Below are positions 29,098-38,038 of a stretch of DNA of 64,000 bases, piece by piece. The notes below the pieces were generated by a model that was not told the origin of the DNA, ran no database searches, and saw only the letters and a program-made list of their open reading frames with translations. A program made the position numbers and the translations under genes. The stretch's first letter is position 1; the number at the start of each line of letters is the position of its first letter. Source of the stretch: a virus (Duplodnaviria > Caudoviricetes); the IMG/VR virus record IMGVR_UViG_3300020049_011034, positions 416-64,415 of that record. One strand, written 5' to 3'.

Positions 29098-29553
29098 ATG
29101 AACTCGAACATCATCACTCAAATCGTGTCCGTCGTGCTGTGGATTTTCGCGCTCGCCGGGCTTCAAATCAACCCCGATGCGACCGCCACCGACGCGGTAG
29201 TTGCTGTCCAGACAGCCAACTGGCCTCTCTTCCTGATGCTGATGATCAACGTCGGCAACTCAATTTGGCAGTGGTCGCTGACGTGGAAAACGAACAAACC
29301 CAATTTCATCCTGTTTCTTCGTTCGCACAATTGGTGGGCCTCCGTCCTCAACGTCGTATTCGCCATTGCCCTGCTCAACGGCATTGTGCTGCCGGCAGAT
29401 GCGGCGCACCGGGTCGTGGAGTACGCCTTCAGCGGCGATTGGTGGGGATTGGCAGGTTACGCACTACCGGCCATCATCGCGCCGATCGTGACGTTCCTGA
29501 CCAAGAAAAAAGCCGACGCTTTGAAGGCAAAGGCAGGAGTTAAAGCAACATGA
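29098..29553 (+). CDS. holin-like multi-pass membrane protein
   Basis: About four hydrophobic segments, Lys-rich C-terminus, at the end of the late operon. Confidence 0.55.
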   Translation: MNSNIITQIVSVVLWIFALAGLQINPDATATDAVVAVQTANWPLFLMLMINVGNSIWQWSLTWKTNKPNFILFLRSHNWWASVLNVVFAIALLNGIVLPADAAHRVVEYAFSGDWWGLAGYALPAIIAPIVTFLTKKKADALKAKAGVKAT

Positions 29554-29726
29554 ACCGCACAAAGGGAATCCAGGCGTTTTTGTCACTGGCCGTTCTGACC
29601 GGAGTTGTCAAGAAAGGCTGGGCGGCATACCGCGCGGCCACCGGCTGGCTACGCTGGGCGATACTGCTCAGCGCGGGCGCGGCGGCTGGAGCCCTCGTTG
29701 CAATCATAATCAGGGCATTGTCCTGA
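29550..29726 (+). CDS. 58-aa membrane peptide
   Basis: ATGA-coupled to the holin-like gene; hydrophobic C-terminal half. Confidence 0.45.
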   Translation: MNRTKGIQAFLSLAVLTGVVKKGWAAYRAATGWLRWAILLSAGAAAGALVAIIIRALS

Positions 29727-29770
29727 CACGCCATCGAATCAACTCAACCCTGTTGTTTTGATGTTGCAGG

Positions 29771-29802
29771 CCCCGGGCGAGAAATCGCTTCGGGGTTTTT
29801 TT
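29771..29802 (+). terminator. intrinsic terminator ending the late operon
   Basis: CCCCG-GCGA-GAAA-TCGC-CGGGG followed by T7. Confidence 0.8.
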
Positions 29803-29842
29803 GTTGAAGTAGTGTTAAAGTTGAAAAATATTTTTTTCAAAG

Positions 29843-29874
29843 TGTTGAAATGTCAACAAAAGAAACTACTTTTG
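29843..29874 (+). promoter_or_regulatory. early promoter with palindromic operator-like element
   Basis: TGTTGA-AATG-TCAACA (29843-29858), 8 nt, then TACTTTTG; same arrangement recurs at 36681-36712. Confidence 0.7.
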
Positions 29875-29917
29875 TAACATCAAAAACAAGTCAACAACAA
29901 CACACAATTTTTCAACA

Positions 29918-30673
29918 ATGAGCAACTCAATCCAACCCGCAACCTCGAACGAAACCAACAACGCCTACATCGCCCGCGCGATGAAGTACACCCAACCCAA
30001 AGACATGACGGAGATCGAACGCGATTGCCACATTGCCATCCGCAACCAGTTCCGTGGGTTCGTCGAAGAAACCGGCGCTCCGAGTGTCAACAAGGCAACC
30101 CCCGAACAACTCAAAGCGGCCATCGAACAGACCTGCACCTACGTTCGCGGAGGGGTTGCCTATGATGGCGGAAAGAAACTCACGACGGCTGATCAGGTAG
30201 TGGTTGCGGCCTGGGCGCTTCGCTTCGAATGCAATGTTGTTTCCAAGGCAGAAGAAATCACAGTGGGCCGCGCCATCGAAAAGTATGTGATCGCAGGCTT
30301 TGACTTCGAAGCCAACTGTGGAAAGAAAAAGGCTGCTCCGGTTAAAGCGACTCCTGCAAAAAAACAGCCGGTTGAATCCGCGCCCGCCGTATTCGGCGAA
30401 TGGGTGGAGCGCCTCGATCTTATTCCGCAACTCGAATTTCACGGGGCCGATTCCCCGGAGCGCGTGGCCGAACTGCTCGAAGCATGGAACCAGGGCGGCG
30501 AATTCCGCCTGATGGTCAAGCGCTCGACCGCCCTGGCCCTGAAAGTTTCCACACTTGATGAGCAGGCCAACCGTCAAACTCTCGTGGCCTTCGATGTGAA
30601 CGGTAAGAAAGTGGGAATGGCCTACATGGACAAACTTACCCAGTACTTCACAGTGGTTGAAAAACAGGCATGA
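29918..30673 (+). CDS. hypothetical early protein
   Basis: 251-aa ORF directly after the promoter. Confidence 0.7.
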   Translation: MSNSIQPATSNETNNAYIARAMKYTQPKDMTEIERDCHIAIRNQFRGFVEETGAPSVNKATPEQLKAAIEQTCTYVRGGVAYDGGKKLTTADQVVVAAWALRFECNVVSKAEEITVGRAIEKYVIAGFDFEANCGKKKAAPVKATPAKKQPVESAPAVFGEWVERLDLIPQLEFHGADSPERVAELLEAWNQGGEFRLMVKRSTALALKVSTLDEQANRQTLVAFDVNGKKVGMAYMDKLTQYFTVVEKQA

Positions 30674-31503
30674 GCGACTACACGACACTCTTTGTGAACG
30701 ACCCGAAGGTTCGGGCGTTCACAAAGCAGTTCGAGCACCAGGCGTACGGTCAAGGTCATTACTCGCAGGTATTCGAGGACTTCTTGGATTTCTGCATTTA
30801 CTACTTGTCGCTCGGACTTGTAAACGAGAACTGGAAGCGTCTCCAAGAAACCTACAAGGATAAAGGGATGGATGGGTTTATGACGCTCTTCGAACTTTTA
30901 GGTGATGCGTCAGATGACTTTAAGGATATGCTTGGAACGGTTTACATGGACATCGCATCGCAACACAAGGCATCGGCAATGGGTCAGTTTTTTACGCCGG
31001 GTAATGTGTCGCACATGATGTCAGAAATGATCCTGGGCGATATGGACACGGAGAAGATAGGGCAGAAAATCAGCGATCCGAGTTGCGGAAGCGGCATCAT
31101 GATCCTGAAAGCGGCCCGAAGGTTCGGAGAGAAAAGGCACCTACAGCACTTCATGGGCGCCGACCTCGACAGGATATGTTGCAAGATGTGCGCCATCAAC
31201 ATGAGCCTGAACACCATCCCGGGAGAAGTCTATCACATGAACAGCCTGAGCCTGCAACATTTCGGAGCCTACTCGCTCGTTCTGGACAGGCTTGACGGCA
31301 AATGGATCACCTGGATAGCGCGTTGGCCGCAGGAGCGGATTGACGCCATCAACGAACGAATCAAACAAGATTTTCAACAATCAGACGAACAGCGGAAAGA
31401 AGCGATAGAGGCTGAACGAGAGCGCCAGCGCGAAGAGCAGATTCAAAAACGGCTCAGAGCGAAGGACGAAAAGAAAGGCTTCGCCGCTACCCTGTTCGAT
31501 TAA
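30670..31503 (+). CDS. HsdM-like N6-adenine methyltransferase fragment (no NPPY/F motif seen)
   Basis: MGQFFTP, ISDPSCGSGIMI, GADLD...KMCAINM; no motif IV follows. Confidence 0.75.
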   Translation: MSDYTTLFVNDPKVRAFTKQFEHQAYGQGHYSQVFEDFLDFCIYYLSLGLVNENWKRLQETYKDKGMDGFMTLFELLGDASDDFKDMLGTVYMDIASQHKASAMGQFFTPGNVSHMMSEMILGDMDTEKIGQKISDPSCGSGIMILKAARRFGEKRHLQHFMGADLDRICCKMCAINMSLNTIPGEVYHMNSLSLQHFGAYSLVLDRLDGKWITWIARWPQERIDAINERIKQDFQQSDEQRKEAIEAERERQREEQIQKRLRAKDEKKGFAATLFD

Positions 31504-31517
31504 ACTGCAACTCAACA

Positions 31518-31970
31518 ATGAAAGAACTTCGCACCGACACAAAAAAACGTCTCTTATGGCTGCTCGCAGAAGCGGCAAAAACATGCGGCAACACCCGAAT
31601 CAACCGCAACACCACTGCTCCTGGCTTCTATGCCAGAATCGCAGACGACAACGAAGTAGGGGTCGAACTGACCGTGTATCCTACGGGCGGCGGCTATCTT
31701 GAAACCGAGTGGGCCTTTCGCGTCATCATCATGAAGGACGTACTTGCGCAGGAACTGCCCGTCTATCCGACCATGTGGCGCGACACAGAAAACGGCCTGC
31801 AACACCTGGTCAACTGGATCACCGGCCTCGATGGTGACGACCAGCAAACGCCCGACCTGATGGCGCCGGCTGAATTTTACGACCAGGCCGTTCAACTTAT
31901 CAATCATCATGTGTCGCGCCTGTGGGCAACACACAACTTACCCGCTCTGAAAGATGAAGTCCACGCTTAA
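31518..31970 (+). CDS. hypothetical protein
   Basis: ORF with a CAA-rich leader. Confidence 0.6.
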   Translation: MKELRTDTKKRLLWLLAEAAKTCGNTRINRNTTAPGFYARIADDNEVGVELTVYPTGGGYLETEWAFRVIIMKDVLAQELPVYPTMWRDTENGLQHLVNWITGLDGDDQQTPDLMAPAEFYDQAVQLINHHVSRLWATHNLPALKDEVHA

Positions 31971-32331
31971 ACAAATAGAATCCGCCGCCCGGTCGCTAAA
32001 ACTCAAACTACCTTTCACACCCGAATGTGACCCCGCACACGACCTGATTGACCGCATCATCCACCTGTGCAGCCAATCTGCGCAGGTGGATCCGGCGCTG
32101 GCGATACTCGAAAAAAATCACGAAGGCGTTGTGGGCGCGTCGGTATGGCAATACGAGGTATCCGGGCGTTGGCTTGCCGTGGGACTTCCACGCCACCAGC
32201 CGTTCAGACAACAGATCGAGTGGTGTGCCCGCAAAGGCGCTACTCTCGTAGACGTGGTTATCGAAATACACACGGACGACAAACGGACGCAATTACATCA
32301 AACATTCAACATCAACCATTTCAAAAAGTAA
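31954..32331 (+). CDS. hypothetical protein
   Basis: ORF in tandem with neighbours. Confidence 0.55.
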   Translation: MKSTLKQIESAARSLKLKLPFTPECDPAHDLIDRIIHLCSQSAQVDPALAILEKNHEGVVGASVWQYEVSGRWLAVGLPRHQPFRQQIEWCARKGATLVDVVIEIHTDDKRTQLHQTFNINHFKK

Positions 32332-32333
32332 CG

Positions 32334-32930
32334 ATGAAAGTAACGGTAAAAACAATCGTCGAAGGATTGCAGGTGTGGGTTGACGGCGAACCCCTGAGCG
32401 TCAGGGATAGCCAAATCCTCTGCAACCACAGTGAAGCCTTCTCCTGGGGCTACGCCGGGTCAGGCCCGGCACAAACGGCGCTCGGAATATGCCTTCACCT
32501 GTTTGGTCCATACATCGCGCCGCAGATATACCATCGCTTCAAATTCGACCACGTAGCGCACTGGCACCGTTGGGATGATGGAGAGCGAAGCGTCAACGTG
32601 GAAAAGTTTTATATTGACCATATCAAGGGCGAAGTGTTGGACAATGCCCTGAGCAGGTATTCCCACAATGTTTATAGCAGGCTGTTTGCCGTGGTCGCCA
32701 GTGATGAGGTGGCTACAGACTTGATAGGGGAAAGTTCGGTTATCAACTCAGAGCACACCCAAACGCGCATCATCATGAGCGCTTTCAACAAGAGCATCGA
32801 GGGAGTGGCTGATGCGATGAACCTTTCCTACATAAACTTCGACGGCAGATGGAATATCATGGGCACGATGCCGACGACCAGGTATTTGCGCCGGATTATG
32901 GCTATTGAAAAAAACATTTTGGAAGTTTGA
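32334..32930 (+). CDS. DUF6166-like protein
   Basis: HSEAFSWGYAGSGPAQTAL motif recalled from that family. Confidence 0.5.
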   Translation: MKVTVKTIVEGLQVWVDGEPLSVRDSQILCNHSEAFSWGYAGSGPAQTALGICLHLFGPYIAPQIYHRFKFDHVAHWHRWDDGERSVNVEKFYIDHIKGEVLDNALSRYSHNVYSRLFAVVASDEVATDLIGESSVINSEHTQTRIIMSAFNKSIEGVADAMNLSYINFDGRWNIMGTMPTTRYLRRIMAIEKNILEV

Positions 32931-33051
32931 AAATTTGTTAACTTTGCAACAAAATAAAAAATTGGGACACTTTCAAAAAACGTTTGCTGAAACGCAGCAA
33001 CTTCTCCTAAAAAAAATCGGTCAGCCTCAGTATCGCGCATCCGGTTTTGGT

Positions 33052-33110
33052 ACAGGCAATCAGCCATGCACCAATGTCACGAAAACAATGGTGCATGGCT
33101 GATTGCCTGT
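33052..33110. repeat. perfect 22-bp inverted repeat (long hairpin)
   Basis: ACAGGCAATCAGCCATGCACCA (33052-33073) and TGGTGCATGGCTGATTGCCTGT (33089-33110); no T-run. Confidence 0.9.
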
Positions 33111-33132
33111 TGCATCGAACTCAACAAAGATT

Positions 33133-33621
33133 ATGGCAGCATCAAAAACGACACCGACGACAATCCTTGACCCTGCGCAGTTTGCCAGGGTAGAATACCA
33201 CACGATAAACGGAAGACCCGATCGCAGCGCAACGCACAAGAGCATGCGCATTGCTGTACCACTTTCCATCCAGAGCGTCGTCAACACCGCCCTGATTTAC
33301 GACCCCCGTAAAATAGGTTCAAAGCCGACAGAGATAGACGTGTATTCGCACTTGGTTGGACTTGGTTACGACGATGTGGAAGAAACCATCAAGGCTATCG
33401 GTCGAATTGGAATACCCGAACAAGCATTGACCGTTCCAGGATGCGATAAAGTTGTACTATGGCTGCCGTTTGACCTGAGCGAAAATGTAAGGCTTCAATT
33501 CAAGCGAATGAACATTGAGCGGCAGGATCACGGATTGCCCAAAATTCGATCTATCGAAGGGTACATCATCGCGCTGCTCTGGCGCGGAATCGCAAAAGCA
33601 AAAACAATAACTGCATCATGA
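33133..33621 (+). CDS. hypothetical protein
   Basis: ORF starting 23 nt after the hairpin; TAACTTTG box at 32939-32946 upstream. Confidence 0.55.
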   Translation: MAASKTTPTTILDPAQFARVEYHTINGRPDRSATHKSMRIAVPLSIQSVVNTALIYDPRKIGSKPTEIDVYSHLVGLGYDDVEETIKAIGRIGIPEQALTVPGCDKVVLWLPFDLSENVRLQFKRMNIERQDHGLPKIRSIEGYIIALLWRGIAKAKTITAS

Positions 33622-33800
33622 ACGATAAACACCTTATCTGGACAAACCCCAACGCGCCGGTGAAAGCAACCACCCCGCGCCGGCGCCGCTCCAAACTGAT
33701 GTTCCAGGATGAGCGCCAACAAATCAACGAAGCCGATGCCGAACAAGACCTATCTGAATACAAACTCAGGCGGGCCGACAAGCGCGGCATCAAATCCTGA
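33618..33800 (+). CDS. hypothetical protein
   Basis: 60 aa, ATGA-coupled. Confidence 0.5.
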   Translation: MNDKHLIWTNPNAPVKATTPRRRRSKLMFQDERQQINEADAEQDLSEYKLRRADKRGIKS

Positions 33801-33834
33801 CATCTATCCACTCATTTAAAATCCATATTGCAAC

Positions 33835-34578
33835 ATGGAAAACAACACCACACCGGGTAACGGTAACAACAATTTCGTCTATCACTCTGCCGACTTTTGG
33901 GAGAGCGCACAGACATCCGAACTTGACGCCGCGCTCGTCAAGTTCAACGCAAAATTCAAGGCCGTCAAGCGCGATGAGACCGTAACCGTGCCGGGACGGG
34001 CCGCCCGTAAATTCGCAAGCCTTGACGAGATCATGATCGAGGTTCGCCCTATACTGGCTGAGAACGGCCTGTACGTTCAGCAGCCCATCACAGGCGACAA
34101 GATCACTACCATCGTCAGGCATGCATCCGGCCAGTTCCGCGCCTTCTCCATGCCGATGGTTGCTTGGCAAGGCCAGGGAACGACGGCCATTCAGAACTTG
34201 GGCGGCGCCATCACCTATATGCGCCGCTACTCCCTGGGCGCCGCGCTGGCCCTCGCCACCGAGGAAGATGATGACGGACAGAACACTGGCAAACTGGACA
34301 TAAAGAAATCTGGCCGTCAGGAGCCCGCCGCGACCGCAAAGCAGCCGGCGATTGATGACGCCATACTGGACGCATGGAATGCCAAGATGAACGAATGCAA
34401 AACCGACGACGACTTTCAGCGGGTATCCAAAGAGGTCGCCGAAATGGAGGAGGGGCCAGTAAAGAAGTTCGTACGGGCAACCATGAAATCCCGGCTGGAA
34501 AAACTGGACATGGAGTATAACCACGACCTGAAAATTTTCCAGAAGAAAATGCCTCAACCCACAGAAAAGCAGGCATGA
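33835..34578 (+). CDS. erf: ERF-family single-strand annealing recombinase
   Basis: FASLDEI...LAENGL...QNLGGAITYMRRYSLGAALALATEEDDDG. Confidence 0.9.
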   Translation: MENNTTPGNGNNNFVYHSADFWESAQTSELDAALVKFNAKFKAVKRDETVTVPGRAARKFASLDEIMIEVRPILAENGLYVQQPITGDKITTIVRHASGQFRAFSMPMVAWQGQGTTAIQNLGGAITYMRRYSLGAALALATEEDDDGQNTGKLDIKKSGRQEPAATAKQPAIDDAILDAWNAKMNECKTDDDFQRVSKEVAEMEEGPVKKFVRATMKSRLEKLDMEYNHDLKIFQKKMPQPTEKQA

Positions 34579-35297
34579 AACAGTCGCTGAAAATATCACC
34601 ATCCACGCTTGAAGATTACCGCAACTGCGTCCTGGGAAACTACCGAAAAACGGTAGAGGACTTTATTGCCAAACTCGACCAGCCGTGGATCAAGACCGAA
34701 GCGCAATCCAAGGGAGAGGCTTACCACAAACTCATTGAGTTGGGGCCTCTCCCCTTTCGGGAAACCGCGCCGGACGCATCTACACGGTACCGGGTGAACG
34801 ACCCGGAAATGAACATCGACTGGATTTTCAACGAGGCCCAGGCCGCGCCCGCGCTGGCCACGCACGTTGATCATCCGAACGTGAAGCGCGAAGTCTGGGG
34901 ACGGCTAAACTTCGACTTGGACAATTACTCCGTTCGCATGAACCTGCGGGTGGATGCGATGGATACAAACGGAAAGTTTGTGATCTGGGACTACAAAACC
35001 ACTGGATCGAAATACGTGCCGCAAAAACAACCATACTACGAAAGCGTCCAGTGGCCGCTTTACATGATGGCTTATCCTGACGCCACGCTTTTTCGCTTCC
35101 GGGTGTTTCACCTGCACGACCAGGTATGTGACCAACACGACTTCCTTTTTGACAAGGACCTGGCCCGGGAAGAATATGCCCGGCGCTGGTTGATACACCT
35201 GGTCAATTTCGCCGAACAAAGGGGGATCATCGAAAAATTCTTTCACTTAACCGAAGGCAACAATGAGTCTGTACGAAATCGAAACACAGTACCGTGA
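34575..35297 (+). CDS. PD-(D/E)XK exonuclease (Cas4/AddB-like)
   Basis: ISPSTL, KGEAYHKLIE, LRVDAM...IWDYKTTG...QWPLY; next to erf. Confidence 0.75.
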   Translation: MKQSLKISPSTLEDYRNCVLGNYRKTVEDFIAKLDQPWIKTEAQSKGEAYHKLIELGPLPFRETAPDASTRYRVNDPEMNIDWIFNEAQAAPALATHVDHPNVKREVWGRLNFDLDNYSVRMNLRVDAMDTNGKFVIWDYKTTGSKYVPQKQPYYESVQWPLYMMAYPDATLFRFRVFHLHDQVCDQHDFLFDKDLAREEYARRWLIHLVNFAEQRGIIEKFFHLTEGNNESVRNRNTVP

Positions 35298-35754
35298 AAC
35301 CGTTGACGCCCTGATCGAGAACGGCGGGGCGCTCACGCCCGAACTGGATGCTGAACTTGCCATCACGGCCGAGATGTTTGAGAAAAAGGCCGAATCATAC
35401 GGTCTGATCATCAAGGAAATGAACGGAGACATCGAGCAACTGGAAAATGTCATCGCCGATCTGCAAAAGCGCAAAAAGCGCATCGAGCAAAGCCGTGACA
35501 ACCTCAAGTCTCGCATTCTGAATGCCATGCTGTTGTTTGACCGGGATAAATTCAAAACCAATATGCTGAGTATGTGGGTTGGCCGGTCTAAAAAACTCGT
35601 GGTGTTGCACGAACATTTGATACCGGAACCCTATCGGCGCGAAGTGATTGAATACAAAATTGACGGCGCCGGCTTGAAAAAAGCCCTGATGGAAGGGGTG
35701 TTTGAAAGCGAATCGGCCTATGTGGCTGAGGAACCAAATCTTCAAATTCGATGA
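35263..35754 (+). CDS. Siphovirus Gp157-like protein
   Basis: MSLYEI...KKAESYGLIIKE...KIDGAGLKKAL...AEEPNLQIR. Confidence 0.75.
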   Translation: MSLYEIETQYRETVDALIENGGALTPELDAELAITAEMFEKKAESYGLIIKEMNGDIEQLENVIADLQKRKKRIEQSRDNLKSRILNAMLLFDRDKFKTNMLSMWVGRSKKLVVLHEHLIPEPYRREVIEYKIDGAGLKKALMEGVFESESAYVAEEPNLQIR

Positions 35755-35755
35755 C

Positions 35756-36025
35756 ATGGCAAAGACAACACAACAGACACTCGCAGATCACCTGCAAAAG
35801 ATGCAGAACCTTCTGACTATGGACTGTATGAAGTACTGGCGCAGCGCAGGTGAAAACCGATTGACACCCGACGAAGCGCTAAAAATACTTGAGACACTCA
35901 AACAGGTGGAGGAAATAGCCAGGTATTCAAAGAATTGCTGCCATCATGTTTTCAATGGGTGGGAAGAAAGAGACGAAACTGCAACATCACACAACCGACA
36001 TAATTATGAAAATCCTGTATTATGA
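35756..36025 (+). CDS. hypothetical protein
   Basis: ORF in tandem with neighbours. Confidence 0.5.
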   Translation: MAKTTQQTLADHLQKMQNLLTMDCMKYWRSAGENRLTPDEALKILETLKQVEEIARYSKNCCHHVFNGWEERDETATSHNRHNYENPVL

Positions 36026-36584
36026 CCTCGAAACAACGGGGCTTGACCACATGCTGCACGCGCCCATTCAATTTGCTGGCTTGCTTGAAATCGACGGCCA
36101 GATCGTTGAAAGCCTGGACTATACCATGAAGCCATACCCCGATGATCTGATCGACGCTGGTGCCCTGCAGGTCAATGGCAGGACGATGGAAGAGATAAGT
36201 ACCTTTGCTGACCCAACTGACGTCCTGGGCTGGATTTGCGAGCGCCTGGACAAACATGTGAACACCCGCAGCAAATCAGACGGCATCTTTCTTTGCGGGT
36301 ATAACAATGTGCATTTTGACGACCAGTTCTTGCGACAGTGGTTCATAAAAGCCGGTTACGACCAGTGGGCCTATATGAACCGCTTTTGGAACGAGAGCCT
36401 TGATATGCGTATCCTGTGCGCGGCGGCGCTGGTACGGGAGCGAAGCGGAATGCCCAACTTCAAACTGACGACAGTTGCACGCCATTTCGGCATAGAAGTT
36501 GACGATGCAAAGGCGCATGAGGCGATGTACGACACCGAACTTGTTCGGGCCTTGTCCCGGAAAGTTGGCGTGGTGCGCCGCTAA
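36006..36584 (+). CDS. DEDDh 3'-5' exonuclease (DnaQ-like)
   Basis: YDLETTGL, GYNNVHFD, AHEAMYD. Confidence 0.9.
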   Translation: MKILYYDLETTGLDHMLHAPIQFAGLLEIDGQIVESLDYTMKPYPDDLIDAGALQVNGRTMEEISTFADPTDVLGWICERLDKHVNTRSKSDGIFLCGYNNVHFDDQFLRQWFIKAGYDQWAYMNRFWNESLDMRILCAAALVRERSGMPNFKLTTVARHFGIEVDDAKAHEAMYDTELVRALSRKVGVVRR

Positions 36585-36611
36585 AGTGCAAAAGGCAGAG
36601 TAACCGTACAT

Positions 36612-36650
36612 AATCGGGACACGACGAAAAGTTGTGTCCCGATTTTTTTT
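36612..36650 (+). terminator. intrinsic terminator
   Basis: ATCGGGACACGAC-GAAAA-GTTGTGTCCCGAT followed by a T-run. Confidence 0.85.
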
Positions 36651-36680
36651 GTAGAAAACCAAAAAATAATTTCTCCGATG

Positions 36681-36712
36681 TGTTGAAATGTCAACAAAAG
36701 AGTTTATCTTTG
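36681..36712 (+). promoter_or_regulatory. second early promoter with the same palindrome
   Basis: TGTTGAAATGTCAACA (36681-36696), 8 nt, then TATCTTTG. Confidence 0.7.
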
Positions 36713-36816
36713 CCTCACCTAATAAAAGCAACAACACACGGACAAGCCGAACACCGTTTTAAGAAGTAGGCAAACAATCGGAATGGGGAAGCCGTAACCA
36801 AGTACCCAAATTTAAG

Positions 36817-37461
36817 ATGAAAGTTCAAGCAATCCGCACCGACAAAGGCAATTTCCTTGCAAACTACAATGGCTATTTTTTCTTCGTTGGAAGCAACAGA
36901 AAAACATTGCTTCGCATGAGCGATGCTTCCGAATGGGAAGCGGCTTTGAAAAATTGGGGGCAAACTCAAGAGCCTCGTCACATTGCCGAAATAACGGAAA
37001 TCATCGAATTGTCGGCTATGTCGGCAAAAATCGGTTGTTACGTTGATGGCATAAACAAAGCCGACCTTTCGGCTCTCGATATCGAAAACTTTGCCGAGCA
37101 ATTTTCCTACGTCAACAATGATTTCAACTACGTCGTTGGCTTTTACGCCAATGGCGAGTATCAAAGGTTTTCGGCAAAGTGCGGCGGCTGCGGCACGTCC
37201 GACTATGGAAATCACGGTACACCGACTTCTTGGGGCGGCGAAACCTACATTGAGACTTTGCAAAGATTTATCGCCGAAACTTCAACTTACCCCGAAGTAA
37301 TGGTGGTTGAAAATTCTAATCACGACAGCCGACAAGGTGACGGCTGGAAGTCCGAAATTCACGCTTACGTCCTACCAAATCAGGAAACCATAGATGCGTT
37401 TTTTGGTAGCGTGTCCGAAGCCTACGAAACGCTGAAAAAAATGCCTGTAACGGTCTCATAG
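36817..37461 (+). CDS. hypothetical early protein
   Basis: 214-aa ORF after the promoter. Confidence 0.65.
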   Translation: MKVQAIRTDKGNFLANYNGYFFFVGSNRKTLLRMSDASEWEAALKNWGQTQEPRHIAEITEIIELSAMSAKIGCYVDGINKADLSALDIENFAEQFSYVNNDFNYVVGFYANGEYQRFSAKCGGCGTSDYGNHGTPTSWGGETYIETLQRFIAETSTYPEVMVVENSNHDSRQGDGWKSEIHAYVLPNQETIDAFFGSVSEAYETLKKMPVTVS

Positions 37462-37463
37462 AT

Positions 37464-38006
37464 ATGAAAGGCTCATATCAAGTGCTTGACAATAACCAGG
37501 AGTTTTTCTGGTCCTTCCGTGTCATCCATAACACCATGTTAGGGCAGGACGTGTGGCAGACAGAAACAATCTCCATGGCCGGCAGTATTCCCGTCCCAGA
37601 CTTTCAGGACCAGAGCGAACCGCTGCTGCTCAATACCATCGAGCGTTGGTGCATCATCAACGGCTTTATCATTCGCAAGGAATTGTTTTTGGAAAAAGGC
37701 GCCGGGAAATATGACGGCTGGACCATCAACGGCGAGCGCGTGTTTCTCTCCATCCGGTGGCTCGTGGACGCGAAGGTTTACCGGCGCCGATCGAAGCGCA
37801 CCCGCATCGAGCACTTTGAGGTGCACAGCGAAAACCGGGAAGATGCCAAGATGCTGGCCGGTCGCAAGTTCAAGGGCGCTGTGGTGAAGGAGTTTCTTTC
37901 GCTCACCCCATCGGACTGGGGGCATTGTTTTTGGCGCGACCGCAAAGGCTTTCCGAATCTCGACCCGGATATTTTGAACCGTTTAAAAATGCCTGAAAAT
38001 CTATAA
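37464..38006 (+). CDS. hypothetical protein
   Basis: 180-aa ORF. Confidence 0.6.
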   Translation: MKGSYQVLDNNQEFFWSFRVIHNTMLGQDVWQTETISMAGSIPVPDFQDQSEPLLLNTIERWCIINGFIIRKELFLEKGAGKYDGWTINGERVFLSIRWLVDAKVYRRRSKRTRIEHFEVHSENREDAKMLAGRKFKGAVVKEFLSLTPSDWGHCFWRDRKGFPNLDPDILNRLKMPENL

Positions 38007-38038
38007 CATCGCAACATCAAAATTCAACTTTAGCAACA

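Noticed and set aside
710-29734. Many long minus-strand ORFs (e.g. 710..1264, 12545..13624, 17566..18603)
   Set aside because: Antisense shadows of high-GC + strand genes; no motifs, start context or promoters.
34575-35297. Cas4 as evidence of a CRISPR system
   Set aside because: It sits beside erf as a typical phage recombination exonuclease; no array or other cas genes.
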